A stretch of 64,000 nucleotides of DNA from Tetramitus jugosus (taxonomy: Eukaryota > Protista > Heterolobosea), in contig OW569348.1 in assembly GCA_937625935.1 (NCBI GenBank), positions 62,001 through 126,000 on the forward strand, written 5' to 3'. A model generated the notes under the pieces. It did no database searches. It was not told the DNA's origin and saw only the letters and a program-made list of their open reading frames with translations. This document shows positions 23,320-36,194 of this stretch, piece after piece. Made by a program: the position numbers and the translations under genes. How positions within the stretch are numbered: position 1 is the first letter of the stretch; every line of letters begins with the position of its first letter.

Positions 23320-24477
23320 ATGCAAGCTTCTTCATCTCCATCCACTCTGTTGCAACTCGTGGGTAACACCCCTCTCGTATGTTCAATCAACTTGTCTTTT
23401 TTTTCTTTCGTTGTGTGCATTGCTGAGCTAATAACCATGATCATCATGTGATTTCGCTTTCTCGTATAGATTAAGCTTGAAAGCATTTCCAAGCTGACTG
23501 GCAACAACATTTACTTGAAATGTGAAAACAAGAATTACACTGGTTCGATCAAGGACCGTGCTGCTAAGCAAATGATCTTGGATGCTATTGAACAAGGTGT
23601 GCTGAGACCTGGTATGACCATTGTGGAGGGAACAGCTGGAAATACGGGCATTGGATTGGCAATGATTGCAAAAGCTCTCGGATATCAAATGTTGGTCGTC
23701 ATGCCCAACGATCAAGCCAAGGAGAAGATGGATATGGTGAAATTGTATGGTGCAGAATTGTTGTTGGTCAATGCAGTGCCATTCACTGATCCAGCACACT
23801 TTTTCCATACGGCCAAGCGTATTGCACAGGAGAATCCAGAACAGTATTGGCATGCCAATCAATTTGACAATTTGAGCAATTTCAAGGCTCATTATGAGAA
23901 TACGGCACCAGAGATTTTGAGACAATTGGAGGGAAAGGTTGATATTTTGGTGAGTGCTGCCGGAACAGGTGGAACCATTGCCGGTTGTTCCCAATACATG
24001 AAGGACCAGTTGGGTAATCAAGTGAGAACAGTGTTGGTAGATCCAGGTGGTTCTGGACTGGCAAACTTTATAAAAACAGGAGAGTTTGCCAAGGATAGCT
24101 CATCAATCACTGAGGGCATTGGTATTATGCGTCTTGTTCCCAACTTTGCACAAGGAAAGAGCTCGATTGATGAGGCATTTAACCTTCCGGATACACATGT
24201 CGTCAGAATTGCACAATATGTGCGAGATCATGATGGTATTCCACTGGGATCGAGTGCGGCACTGAATGTGTGCGGTGCACTAAGGAAAGCCATTGGAATC
24301 AAGAACCAGAACAAAAATATTGTCACATTTTTATGTGATGGCGGCGAACGTACCTTGAGCAAGTTGTACAATGATGAATTCTTGGCCTCCAAACAACTGT
24401 CAGAAGAGCATTTACCATCGATTGAACAACTGATTCAACAGTATGAGTCAGATGAAGCCACGGTCCGATCACAATGA
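23320..24477 (+). CDS. cysK: Cysteine synthase (O-acetylserine sulfhydrylase, PLP-dependent); exons 23320-23376, 23470-24477
   Basis: VGNTPL|IKL, GSIKDRAA (PLP Lys), EGTAGNTGIGLA, NQFDNLSN, GTGGTIAG, ITEGIG, LCDGGER. Confidence 0.93.
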
Positions 24478-24762
24478 ATGAGAGAATAAACCTCGTGTAT
24501 TTTATTATCAGGTCCTGATTCGTCATTCCAAGTTAAACATTCTTATGTGTCGACTGTAGTTGGTATGCTCGCTCGGGAAAGATTTGGTATTTTAGTCATG
24601 TTAACTGTAATCGGTTGACTCTTACAAACTCCCGAAATGGAATCAAGATAAAGTCCCCAGTTTCGAAGAGATCTCACCCAAACATAAGGATCACTAGAGG
24701 TTCGTGGCTGTAGCTAATGTTTTACTACTCAAAAATAATTCAAGTAACACAACCAGAGCGAC

Positions 24763-25329
24763 ATGAGTTTCAAACCAATCAAAGACGGATTAGCTTTCCT
24801 TATCAAAGACCATAGAAAGGTGGATTCTTTGTTCCAGCACTTCAAGTCAACTCAACTTCTCAGTGAGAGACGTCGCATCGTCGGTGATCTCGTCAAGGAA
24901 CTATCGACTCATGCTGCCATCGAAGAACAAGTGTTGTATCCCATTGTCAGACACAACATAACTCCCAATCAGGAAGGAAATGCTTTGGCAGATCAATCCC
25001 TCAAAGAGCACCAGGAAGTGAAGGACAAGTTGTACGAATTGGAGAATATGTCAGAAACGGATCCACAGTATGAATCCAAGGTGCTCTCACTCGAAGAAAC
25101 GGTCACTCATCATGTCAATGAGGAAGAGAATGAAATATTTCCAAAATTGAGGCACGTCCTGTCCGAGAATGATCTCAAGGACATGTACACCATCTTGTCT
25201 GCTGCGAGTCAGTTTGCTCCCACACACGCACATCCCGGAGTACCCAACACTCCTCCGGCCAATCTCTTCACCGGACCTCTCGCAGGAGTATGGGATCGTC
25301 TCAGAGACACCCTCCACAAATCATCATAA
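24763..25329 (+). CDS. Hemerythrin-like (HHE cation-binding) protein
   Basis: DHRKV, HAAIEEQVLYP, EHQEVK, HHVNEEENEIFP; C-terminal APTHAHPGVPNTPP...GPLAGVWDRLRD tail. Confidence 0.9.
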   Translation: MSFKPIKDGLAFLIKDHRKVDSLFQHFKSTQLLSERRRIVGDLVKELSTHAAIEEQVLYPIVRHNITPNQEGNALADQSLKEHQEVKDKLYELENMSETDPQYESKVLSLEETVTHHVNEEENEIFPKLRHVLSENDLKDMYTILSAASQFAPTHAHPGVPNTPPANLFTGPLAGVWDRLRDTLHKSS

Positions 25330-25472
25330 CAATATCAGATAACCTGTGTACATAGCCATCACTCTGTTGTATTGCCTCGTAATGACGGAATATCTCCACC
25401 AATTATCCGACCATCGCAAAAACAAAAAAAGCAAAAAATAAAACACCAACAACGAATAACGAAATTGATAAA

Positions 25473-26243
25473 ATGAGAGTACTTGTAGGCGTGAAGCGTG
25501 TCATTGACTATGCAGTCAACATTCGTGTCAAACCAGATCTCACTGGTGTAGTCACTGAAAATGTCAAGCACAGCATGAATCCATTCTGTGAGATTGCAGT
25601 GGAAGAAGCTGTTCAATTGAAGGAGAAGGGTATTGTCAAGGAGGTCATCTCCATCAGTATTGGTGATGAATCTGCAAAGGACACTCTGCGTACTTCACTT
25701 GCCAAGGGAGTCGATCGTGCCATTCACATTCAAGCTCCAGCCAATCATCAGAGTGAACCATTGCAGGTTGCCAAATTGATCAAGGCCTACATTGCTCAAA
25801 AGGAACAAAACAATATTGATATGGTCATTTTGGGAAAGCAGAGCATTGATTCTGATTTTGGTGTAACTGCACAAATGTTGGGTCAAATGCTCCAGTGGAA
25901 CACTGTGACTTATGCGAGCAAGATTGATCAGAGTGAGGGCAAGTGGACCATTACGAGAGAAGTTGACGGTGGTCTAGAGACATTGTCCACTGGTCAACCA
26001 TTGGTTGTCAGCACTGATTTGAGACTGAACACACCTCGTTATGCCAATTTGAAGGCGATTATGGCTGCAAAGAAGAAGACAATTGAGACGATCAAGGCAG
26101 AGGATTTGGCATCAGATGCTCTCCAAAGCAGACTCAAGGTCTTGAAGGTTGAAGAACCAAAGAAGCGTTCTGCTGGAACAATGGTGCAAAGCGTGGACGA
26201 GTTGATTGATAAACTGAGAAATGAAGCCAAGGTCATCTCATAA
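25473..26243 (+). CDS. ETFB: Electron transfer flavoprotein beta subunit
   Basis: [48 protein letters not shown]. Confidence 0.97.
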   Translation: MRVLVGVKRVIDYAVNIRVKPDLTGVVTENVKHSMNPFCEIAVEEAVQLKEKGIVKEVISISIGDESAKDTLRTSLAKGVDRAIHIQAPANHQSEPLQVAKLIKAYIAQKEQNNIDMVILGKQSIDSDFGVTAQMLGQMLQWNTVTYASKIDQSEGKWTITREVDGGLETLSTGQPLVVSTDLRLNTPRYANLKAIMAAKKKTIETIKAEDLASDALQSRLKVLKVEEPKKRSAGTMVQSVDELIDKLRNEAKVIS

Positions 26244-26349
26244 ATAAAGAACTAAGGGCATATGTGTGTAAACAATATCAAGTACATTTTTTAATCATCA
26301 AGAAAGGCTTGCTGTATGTGGAATCATGGTGGTTGACTTAAGTCGTTCC

Positions 26350-27251
26350 TTAATCCCTGGAGAATCCATCACTGTGCTTGTCCAATATCATCTCAAAGCT
26401 CAGGAACAGCTCTCCGTGATCATCTCCGAATATTTGTTTCACATTCCTCAACGTTTCATCCTTTGATAACATCTTGGAGTTGAATTTTTTTATACAGTTA
26501 AGGAAGGCATTGAATGCTTCATGAGACAACTCTATTTTAGCCTTCTTGAAGAATTGCTTTCCTTCTAAAAGACCATTGTATGATGTATTGGGTGTGTTGG
26601 TTGGGGCATTGGATGGATATGACTTCTGTGGGGAAGATGACGAGAGAACACTGCTGTTGTTCAACACAGAGGCAGAAGGACTGTTGATTGATGATCGAGT
26701 CGTGTTCAAGGTGGAATTCATTCTATTTGATGTGTTGAAGGATGTCCCAGGAGTATACTATTGAAATGAATGAGGAAGAGAATTTTCTCTTTATTAGTAC
26801 ATCTGATAATAGTATGTAAGCCATATCGAACAAAGTAATAATATCACAGCTACTATACTTGTTTACTTACACTGCCAATATTCTCTCCTGTTTGATACTC
26901 GTCTTCGTTTATACTTGCAATTATAGACTTCTTGAATTGCTGAAGCTTAGACAGCTCCCTTGTGAGCCGCTTCACTTGCTCCAACAAATTTTCCTTTTCA
27001 GATCGCGTTTTCATCAGGGTTTCTTCCATTATTCTAACCTTATCCTCTCGGTCTTTCATCTCTCTTCTCATTTCGTTCATTTGAGTTCTCAGCTCAGCGT
27101 TCTCATCTGTCTTTTGCTTCACATAATTCCTCAGTTGAGTGACTTCAGAATTGTACTGGTTTTGCTTGGATGAAAAAGCTTTTTGAACAAGATTCAATCC
27201 CACTGTGAACTGTTCATCAGGAGAGGAAATGTGTTGCAGAATTTCGGACAT
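26350..27251 (-). CDS. At4g15545-like coiled-coil protein with C-terminal PAH-like domain; intron 26758-26870
   Basis: N-terminal coiled coil ending LSKLQQFKKSIIASI; C-terminal GKQFFKKAK..LS.E.F.AFL..IK.FN......ETL.....IFG. Confidence 0.75.
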
Positions 27252-27619
27252 GTGTGCTGTAGTTGTGTTCCTTTTTCCAAAGAAGAGCTATGGAATAGAG
27301 TGAAAACGAGTACACAAATTTTCAGTTAGAAAACAGGAATGAAAGCATCCGGATCAGAAGAGTTTAACAGTCACAAGAAGCGCCAAAAACTGTAGATCTC
27401 GCAAATAATCCGAGGAAACGGCTGGTTACACTTCACAAATAGAAGTTCAATGAGTCGGGAGAACTTGAAAGATTGGTTCTCTGGCCGCTCGTGCCACGAC
27501 ATTGCCTTGAAATCACATACAGATCGCTTGCGTCATACTTGCTCCCCCAAGCCACAAACAACAATCATCACAAAAAACTTTCACTTTCGTCGATTGACAA
27601 CTGTTATAACAACATCACG

Positions 27620-29366
27620 ATGATCTCACTATCATTGATTGTTCTATTATCAAGTGCATTTTTGGTGCATTTAATAACAGATCGTATCCTATTGCCGGAA
27701 CAGTGGCTATTGGGACTCAAGTGGTGCCTGCCTCCCCAGATTGACACATCACAAGCGAGAGAAGCGGAAGATGAGGATCAAAAACGAATTTCAGCTGTCA
27801 AAAGAAAGAAAAAGTCATCATCAGCATCATCGAACACAAACAGTAGCAACAGCACAAGCAAGAGAAGATTTAGTGCAGCAAGTGAACTGTATATTCGTTT
27901 AGAATCGGTATGTTTATGTTTGTGAATACTTGGTGTAATTGATGATGGATGGAATTTGTGTTGTTAACACTGTTGTTATTGTTATTGTTTGGAATGGAAC
28001 GAACTTGTAGATACAACAAGATGTGTTGCCTCACCTCTACTACTTTAAGGAATTTGATCGATTGATTAGCATCATGCTCATGCTCGTTCTCAATTACTTG
28101 TTCTGTATCGTCTACGCCTTTTTCCACGGAGAATATAATTATTTTTTCGCGCTTTTTTCATCCGATGGGAAAGCATCTACTATTAATGATGCTCACGTGT
28201 TTGAATCATTGATGAAGAGCTCGACCTATACACTGTGGTGTAGCATCATGCTGATTGCTCTCGTGTGCTACTCTAGCAGTCAATCAACAATCATTGGACT
28301 CAAGAAGACGCTGCGTTCACTGACAATTGTCAACAGAGAAGACCTTTTATTTATTTTGTGCTTTGTGTCTGGTGTTCTCTCATTTTTGCTATCGTTTACG
28401 ATCCTGGGCAGCCACAGCGGAGACTCCAAGTTCATCTTCTCAATGAGCGTGGCCGGTGATCACCTCAAGAGTGGACTTCAACAGGTGTGCAAGGACAATT
28501 CATGGGAGAGATGCGTTCACTTCATGGACAATAACAACAAGATGAGCAATCGTTTGTTATGGATTGTTTTACGATCTTCGTGTGCAGTGTTGAGCTCCTA
28601 TGTGATTTTTGCTGTTTTTATGCCCATTGTGAGAGTTGTTCGGTGTCATGTGCACTTGGGGTCAACACTCATGAACCAACATTATCATTCTTCGCCCGAT
28701 GGCACCAATTCATCTGCCAAGAAGAGCATGTACAGTTGGCTCAACATTCTGTTGCCATTGTTGATTGTCATGTGCTATTATGAGCCATTTATGAGTCAAG
28801 TGTTGGGCATTGAGAGCAGAGAACATCAATTGGCCACCTTGTTCCTATTGACCATTACATCAAGTCTCTTGGGATTCTTTGGTGTGAGAGCCTATGTTCA
28901 GAGCTACTTGTTCTACACAGTGCAGTACGCAGTGGAAGACGCAACAGAGGAAGCCGATGCTGTCAAGCAACTGGAATCGAGCAAGCACGGTAAGCACAGC
29001 ACAACAAATCGATTGCTCATTCGTAACAGCATCCTGCAACAAAAGCTGCTCACCTACTTCAAGTATGTGCTTCTGGTTGCACTTCAAGCCACAGCACTGC
29101 CCATCCTTCAATTCTCATCCGCTGTCCTGCTGCATGTCAGAGGAGGATTCTCACTAGCTCAAATGATCCTCCAACCCAACTCCACACTCACAAGATCTCA
29201 AGCTGGAAGCACTGTGGATCACTGGGGACAGTTTTTGATTCACATTTGTGGTTTTGTATGCTTCTGGGCCAATCTATGCGCTTTCCTCATTGGAGTGTTG
29301 TGCTTGTTCTGGTATGGCTCGTCCTCCACTAAGAAGAAGGAACCAACAACCACTCACAACAAGTAA
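27620..29366 (+). CDS. TMEM161-like multi-pass membrane protein; intron 27908-28010
   Basis: WLLGLKWCLPP, LYYFKEF, YVQSYL and ALQ...P...LL..RGG motifs in TMEM161 order; intron keeps the frame. Confidence 0.65.
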
Positions 29367-29452
29367 GATATTATGAACAACAGCAGCTACAACAAGAACA
29401 ACAACAAAAAACAATAAAGATAGGTCGTTTCAATAAAAAATTTTAGTGTTGT

Positions 29453-29872
29453 TTATCTCTTGCCCAGTCTCTTTCTCTCAGCTCTGGTGTCCTTGAGACG
29501 TTTTCTGTACTTGTGTCTCTTAATCTTCTTGTGTCGCTTTCTCTTGACACTGTCCATTTCGAGTGTTTCATTGTTTCTGGACGATTCTTCACCATCAATC
29601 AACAACGATGCCAATGCTTGATTCAAGCTTTGAACTTCTTCATTCAAATCAATGGAGGAGACTGAAGAAGGGGATGGCACAAAAAAGTTCTTCTTGTTGT
29701 TGTTCACGATCAGCGATTGGGATGATGGCATTTGAGCCAATGTCGTGTTTGTGTCGAATGTTGTGTGATGAGCAAAGCTACGGAATTGAGTGGATGCAAA
29801 CACGCATCCTCTCAACACTGAATAGTTCCTTTGTTGAAGTAGTGTTTTGCACGACGATGATAGTAGCATCAT
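29453..29872 (-). CDS. Mitoribosomal protein mS38 (COX24/AURKAIP1-like)
   Basis: C-terminal MDSVKRKRHKKIKRHKYRKRLKDTR; N-terminus resembles a mitochondrial presequence. Confidence 0.85.
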   Translation of the reverse strand: MMLLSSSCKTLLQQRNYSVLRGCVFASTQFRSFAHHTTFDTNTTLAQMPSSQSLIVNNNKKNFFVPSPSSVSSIDLNEEVQSLNQALASLLIDGEESSRNNETLEMDSVKRKRHKKIKRHKYRKRLKDTRAERKRLGKR

Positions 29873-30342
29873 TTTCTATCGTTCAAAAAACCAAGAGCTA
29901 TGTTCGAATGAAGTGGGAAAAAAGAGTGATGAAAAATTTGTGTTTGTGTGTAAAGGAGAAATTTGTTTTTGCGCGTCGTGGAATTGCGAAAAGGTCATCG
30001 AAATGATTGAACCTGGTGAGGTAGTCATGGCAGGAGTTCGATGAGAGAACGCAAGATCAGGTGATGAACTGAAGTTTTTGGTGGAATGGATAGAATACAA
30101 TGATTGTGATCTAAGAACTTCTAGAAGAAGATTCCTCTGTGGTTCGGAAAGACTAAAACCTTGGTCAAATTTCTCCCAAGCCAGAATCAGCGGAATTTTT
30201 CAATTCGCATCAAATTCATCCCACCTGGTCATTCCCGCAGCGAGATATTGCCCAAGGACAACAATTCCCACAACAACAACGAGAAACACAAAGCAACACA
30301 TCGCCAAACACTATATCCTTCCTTTGAAGAACCAAACCAAAC

Positions 30343-30930
30343 ATGACCGTCCAAAAGTACTACATCTCCTACAATTCTGTTCACAAGGTCTGCCAAAACG
30401 GAGCCTCTCGCATCATGCAAGACGGATTTCAACCCGATGTCATTCTGGCCATTGGTGGCGGAGGATTTGTTCCCGCCAGAATGTTGCGGACACATTTACG
30501 AGTAAACATGAAGGCAGTGTCATTGGAGCTATATGATGATAAGACGGATCAAATCAATGCTGATGGAGTCAAGACGATTCAATGGATCAACGAAAAGGAC
30601 GTTGTTGGAAAGAATGTTCTCATTGTTGATGAGATTGACGATACGAGAACAACCTTGTCTCATTGTGTGAGAGAAGTGCGAAAGATGAACCCAGGTAAGA
30701 TTGGAGTCTTTGTCTTGCACAACAAGAAGAAGGAGAAGAGAGAGTGTGGTCATTGGACGAACACTGGCTTTGAACAAGATCAAGTGGAAGCTAACGGTGA
30801 AGACATTCATAATATCGACTATTACAGTGCTGGAGAGGACATCAATGATGTGTGGATTGTATATCCATGGGAATCAACTGATATTGATCAGCATGAAGTG
30901 TTGTCTGCCTCAACAAGCAACAACAAATAA
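30343..30930 (+). CDS. Hypoxanthine/xanthine-guanine phosphoribosyltransferase (Hpt1/Xpt1-like)
   Basis: ISYNSVH, AIGGGGFVPARMLRT, VLIVDEIDDTRTTL PRPP loop, LHNKKK, WIVYPWE. Confidence 0.92.
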   Translation: MTVQKYYISYNSVHKVCQNGASRIMQDGFQPDVILAIGGGGFVPARMLRTHLRVNMKAVSLELYDDKTDQINADGVKTIQWINEKDVVGKNVLIVDEIDDTRTTLSHCVREVRKMNPGKIGVFVLHNKKKEKRECGHWTNTGFEQDQVEANGEDIHNIDYYSAGEDINDVWIVYPWESTDIDQHEVLSASTSNNK

Positions 30931-31071
30931 AAAACAAGCCCACCCAAAAGCTAAAAGTTTTCAAGGCCGCTCTCATTTCTCCTCCTTCAAAAAATTTATT
31001 TGGCTTCCGTCCAATCAAAAAGAAACCGAAAAAACACAAACTCTATTCTGATTGGAACCATCTGACCAACA

Positions 31072-32175
31072 ATGAGTTGCTGTTCCTGTTCATCAACAAC
31101 ACATCAAAGCTCTTGCAGCAGTAGTAGCAAGGGTAAAATTGATATTCATACCCATATTCTTCCTGAAACATGGCCCAATTTGCAAGAAATGTTTGGCTAT
31201 GGAGGTTTTGTTCAATTGGACCACAGCAGTAGTAGCAACACTTGCACAACGAATGACCCTCAACAGAAAAAGACTGCCAAAATGATAAAGGACGGTGTTT
31301 GCTTTAGAGAGATTGAATCCAATTGTTGGGATCCAAAGGTTCGAATCGAAGAAATGAGACAAACAGGAGTGACGATGCAAGTGTTGAGCACTGTTCCCGT
31401 CATGTTCAACTACTGGGCCAAACCAAAAGACACTCTCAAAATCTCTCAACTGCTCAATGATCACATCTCCACCGTGTGCCACTCACATGAAGAAGAGTTT
31501 GTTGGATTGGGCACAGTGCCCATGCAGGCACCAGAGCTCGCATGCAAGGAAATTAGAAGGTGCGTCGAAGAGTTGGGACTCAAGGGCATCCAGATCGGAA
31601 CTCACATCAATAAGCAGACATTGGACGATGAGAAATTGTTTCCCATTTTTGAAACGTGTGCAGAGTTGGGCTGCTCCGTGTTTGTTCATCCGTGGGACAT
31701 GATGGGCAAGGATCTAATGAAAAAATATTGGACACCGTGGTTGGTCGGTATGCCAGCAGAGACATCATTGGCCATGTGTAGTCTCATGATGGGTGGCGTC
31801 ATGGAAAAGTTGCCCAATTTGAAGCTCTGTTTTGCTCACGGAGGTGGTTCTTTTCCATTTACAGTGGGCAGAATTGATCATGGATACCAAGTGAGACCTG
31901 ATTTGTGTGCAGTGGATTGTCGTGTGAGTCCAAAGGACTTTATTGGAAAGTTCTGGGTTGACTCGTTGACACATGATCCATTGGCCATGGAATTCCTGAC
32001 AAGGGTCATTGGTGATGACCGAGTGATACTGGGAAGTGATTATCCTTTCCCATTGGGCGAGCACCACCCAGGAGCTCTGATTGAAGGAATGGACAATGTG
32101 TTCACTCAGGAACAAAAGGAGAAGATGCTTTATTACAATGCATTGGACTTTTTGGGCATGAACAATAAAAAGTAA
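31072..32175 (+). CDS. ACMSD: 2-amino-3-carboxymuconate-6-semialdehyde decarboxylase
   Basis: [55 protein letters not shown]. Confidence 0.96.
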   Translation: MSCCSCSSTTHQSSCSSSSKGKIDIHTHILPETWPNLQEMFGYGGFVQLDHSSSSNTCTTNDPQQKKTAKMIKDGVCFREIESNCWDPKVRIEEMRQTGVTMQVLSTVPVMFNYWAKPKDTLKISQLLNDHISTVCHSHEEEFVGLGTVPMQAPELACKEIRRCVEELGLKGIQIGTHINKQTLDDEKLFPIFETCAELGCSVFVHPWDMMGKDLMKKYWTPWLVGMPAETSLAMCSLMMGGVMEKLPNLKLCFAHGGGSFPFTVGRIDHGYQVRPDLCAVDCRVSPKDFIGKFWVDSLTHDPLAMEFLTRVIGDDRVILGSDYPFPLGEHHPGALIEGMDNVFTQEQKEKMLYYNALDFLGMNNKK

Positions 32176-32377
32176 CACTCTCCCATTGACGATGATTCAT
32201 TCAGGCCAATACAACTAAATTTGTCCTTTAAAGAATCGGTCCATTGTGATATACTGTATCGGTTTACGAGGATCGTTTTATTAATTGACCTCTTGAGCCG
32301 AACTGTATTTTCCGCTACTCCTACTAACAATTTCATTGTTCTTCCCCGAGTTACTCAAGAAACCAAGTTAACCAATC

Positions 32378-32854
32378 ATGAGCCAAAAGAAGACAGAATA
32401 CCAACAGAAAACTGAGAACAATATCAAGGAAGTGATAGGAGAAGCCCCTTATCTTATCGGAGGAACTATTGCTTGGTACACTTGTGGTGCTGACCTCGAC
32501 CAAACCGTCATGTTTGCTCTTACATGGGTTTACAACAGCAAAATAGAAGGATGTTTCAATATTAATGGAAGTAGGTACAGATTCAAGCTTGTGAGTTTCC
32601 CAGAGGTTCAAACAAAAGAATTTTGGATGATTGATCAACTCAATCACGTCATCTACATGAGCATGTCAATTGGTGAAGTAGTCTCGAAACTAGAGAGGCA
32701 CATTAGTAATGGTACACTGGACAAGGAACGATTACTTCAAGAGTGTGAGAAGTATGGAACATACTCTACTAAATTATTGCTACACCGGGTGGTGAGTGGC
32801 GCTAGTCTATCAAACGATTTTTATGATGAATATCGTCGATCGACCCTTCTATAA
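32378..32854 (+). CDS. Small protein resembling the C-terminal domain of bacterial AbiEi-like (type IV toxin-antitoxin) antitoxins
   Basis: YLIGG..W, VYNSKIEG.F...G.RY.F, FPE....EF..ID.LN, D.ERL...C..YGT..T; resemblance from memory, not searched. Confidence 0.5.
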   Translation: MSQKKTEYQQKTENNIKEVIGEAPYLIGGTIAWYTCGADLDQTVMFALTWVYNSKIEGCFNINGSRYRFKLVSFPEVQTKEFWMIDQLNHVIYMSMSIGEVVSKLERHISNGTLDKERLLQECEKYGTYSTKLLLHRVVSGASLSNDFYDEYRRSTLL

Positions 32855-33008
32855 GCCAAAGTTCATTCAGCTCTGAAACAAACACTTGTCAGTTAGTTTC
32901 ATCACAATAAAAAAAGATTGGTTGAGACATGGTGAGAAGTCAACCATCGGAGCAGAACTTCCAGTTTTTACAGAAATGCAGTGAGATGTCCAATCTCTCG
33001 TTCAAAAG

Positions 33009-36000
33009 ATGGACAAATCTCACTCATCAAAAGCCAACAACAAAACACAACAACAAACACTGACTCACAACAAAAACATGGAAACCAGTAGTTCCACCAC
33101 CACCAACACAACTAATGGCAACAACTCACGCACCACCTACAATCTCAGACAACGAAAACCCAAAAAAACAACGACTACAACAGCAAAAAGAACTGGCAGT
33201 ATTAGTAGAACAACAAGAACAGCATCTGCTGCTGCTGCTGGTGATGATGACTTCATTACGTACAAGGTGGATGGTGTGACTCATGTGATCCAAAGCACTG
33301 CCAGGCAACAACAGAAACACAAGAGTCAAACATTGACATCTCGACGTCATCCTGGAGTCGTGCACAGGCAGGTCAAGGGTGATGATGATGACGATGATGA
33401 TGATGATGATGTGAGTGATGCAGAATACAGGGAACCATTGTCCAAAAGGGCAAAACGCAAGCTAAAGAAGCAAAGTCAAGCTGAAGTATTGAATTTGTTG
33501 AAACCGTTGGACCAAGTGGATTTTACACCTTATTCTCAGAGTCATATGATTGATTGGGATGATTATTGTTGTGATGATAATGATCAAGTTGAGGGAAATA
33601 GAGTAGAAGAAGCTAACCATGTGGTTGATCATGGTGAAAATGATGGTGATTTTCAATCCTCATCATCCGACAAGGGAATCAAGTTGCATCAGATACCACC
33701 CGAACTATGGGAGATCATGTTCAGTTTTTGGAGCAATTATCAGGCAGATATGGTGAATTTAGTGCTAACGTCTCGTTCCATGAAAAATGCACTCATGTCA
33801 TGCGGTTCCATCTGGAGAAACATCAAATTGAGTGATTTTAGGGTGAAGAATGACCCCTATTGCATATTTTTGTTCTTTAACAACTTTGTTAGGGCATCTC
33901 AGGTGAGGAGTCTCGATATTTTAGCGTATAACATTGATAGAGATGATATAGAGCAATTGGTAGCGTTGATGCCCTATGTTACACGGTTTTCTGTAACGAA
34001 CAATCCACATTTCAGCGCAGCGGCATGTTCTTCTCTGGTAGGGTGGAGATATTTGGAGGAGGCTAGCTTTACTTCGGTGCCTATCACTCCTCAATCACTC
34101 AAAAAAATTGCAGACAGTTGTCCAAACTTTTCTTCTATTTCTTTGTTCGATTGCAAGAGGGTCAAGGATTCACATGCTCTTTCGGATTTCTTCTCCAAGG
34201 CGAAGAGTCTACGCAAATTGAAGTTTCGACATCCAAAATGGGTGACCGTGAAATTGGATAATGTATCTCAAGAGTTGACTGATCTTGAACTTCACATGAG
34301 AAATATGGATTTGGATCAAGTGATTCAGAAATTCCCAAGGTTAAGGTATGTCTATTGATCTATATTTGTGACACGAAGTTCATACTAATGATTATCTACT
34401 GACAGATATGCACAATTACTCGGGGGAAATGAAATGAGAGGCAGGCTGAATCATGATAACTTGGAGGTTTTGATCATAGATCGTCCCTTACGAAATGGGT
34501 CCATCAATTGTTCCAAGCTAAAGGAGTTACAAATGAGTGACTTTGATGACGCATGTATAAAGAAATTACCCGAGCTTGAGATTCTTAAGATATCTACTTC
34601 TGGGAACCAACGGCAAGTTGACACAATCTTACAGCAGTGCAAAAAGGTGAGTACTTCATTATTCTATGTTTAATTCAGCTGGACGAGCCATAACACATCA
34701 TCTTAGTTAAAAGAGCTACACTTTACATATCATTGGACAAACGAATCGTCATTAACAATTCGCAGCGATACTTTGGAATATTTTCGGGGAAGTGCCGGAA
34801 ACATTAAGATTGAATCAAATAGTATGAAGTCATTGGAGGTTTCACCCAGTTCAGTTTTGATTCTTGACTGTCCCAACCTCTCTCACTTAACACTGGGGAA
34901 ATACCCATCAAGTATGTCAATTAGTAGCTTAAAGTTAAAGGAGCTTGATGTGAGAGGAGCAATGTCTGTTGAACTAGATCTTCCGAATCTGATACGTTTG
35001 CATGTTTCGAACAGTGGAACCGTTAAGTTTGACGTTCGCGCAACGAAACTTAGAACAATGGATGTTGAAATCGCCCATGGACCCTATCCCTCCAAAGTTA
35101 AGGTGCCAGACGGAGTAGAGAGTTTGGAGACGTTGAACATTAGAGATACGCAACCGATAGAGCTTGCATCCTTACTCAATAATGTTAAGAGAATTTCTAA
35201 TTTGAATATCAGTGGATGTCATACAGTGAAAGGATTAGAGTGTTTGTCTAAGGTTGAACACCTCATGCTGGCTTCGATGATTTCGTTACCTGCGGCGATT
35301 ACTTCCTCTCTCAAAAGCTTGAGTGTCAATAGTTTACATCTCACCCTTGAAAATCCAAGCTATTTGGATGAAATATCGGCATGTGAGAATCTGGAATCTC
35401 TTTCAGTTATTGTGCATACAGAACATGGTTTGAAGAAGCCTCTCAATATTGGTAATGCGAAGTTGAAAGAGATGAACTTCGTTTCACGATCTCCAAATGC
35501 TTTTTACTTCGATTGTAAACAGTTAGAAGTGCTAAAGTTTGGAGCATCTGGAGACCCTTTACTTCCATCTCTCTTGAACAAGTGCGAGATTTCGCACTTA
35601 AAAGAACTAGAAATCGATATGAATGGGTGTGAGTTGCCATCTGATGGATTTGATATGCCATCGTTGACCCGACTGGAGGTAACAGGATCACAAGGGGCTA
35701 TGGTATTGACGCATCTGCCAATGTTAAAAACATTAGTAATGCGCCGCTGTCATAAGCTTTCAATTGACATGAAAAACGATGAAAGCAACATCTATAATGA
35801 AGCACTCACTGACATAGAGCTTTTCGAATGTGAGATGAATGAGGCTTCACATCTGCTATTCTCGTCTTCTTCAGTGAAGAACATCAGGGTTCGTGAGTGC
35901 ACACTCGGCGTTTGCCCCATCCTGCTTCACGACCTGCCATATTTCTCCAAGCTTTCAATTGAACTTTGTCACGCCAAACTACGATGCATTGGTAATGTGG

Positions 36001-36092
36001 CGCATTGTCATGATATTTTCTTTGAGACGCGCGAAAAACCAGTGGAAAACAACCAACCCAGAGGACGACGTCGCTATCGCTATCGCTATTAG
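33009..36092 (+). CDS. F-box/LRR protein with low-complexity N-terminus; introns 34346-34405 and 34647-34706
   Basis: F-box LHQIPPELWEIMFSF...LTSR...IWR; long array of LxxLxL repeats; two 60-nt introns join three ORFs; start may be 33078. Confidence 0.85.
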
Positions 36093-36194
36093 ATTTCTTG
36101 ATTGGCGCCTCACGATTCTTTACTGTTAACGGTTTAATCCGCGATCATAACACCGCAGGTCATATTTGAGAGATCATATTGTACAATAAAGAGC

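Noticed and set aside
24480-24760. Imperfect hairpins and AAAGTCCCC (RNase MRP CR-I-like) in an intergenic region
   Set aside because: No matching CR-V (GGGGCT) downstream; pairings are few and imperfect
30343-32854. PRTase, ACMSD and AbiEi-like ORF as an operon-like cluster
   Set aside because: Co-orientation and tight spacing are normal in this window; each gene has its own AATAAA and the pathways are unrelated
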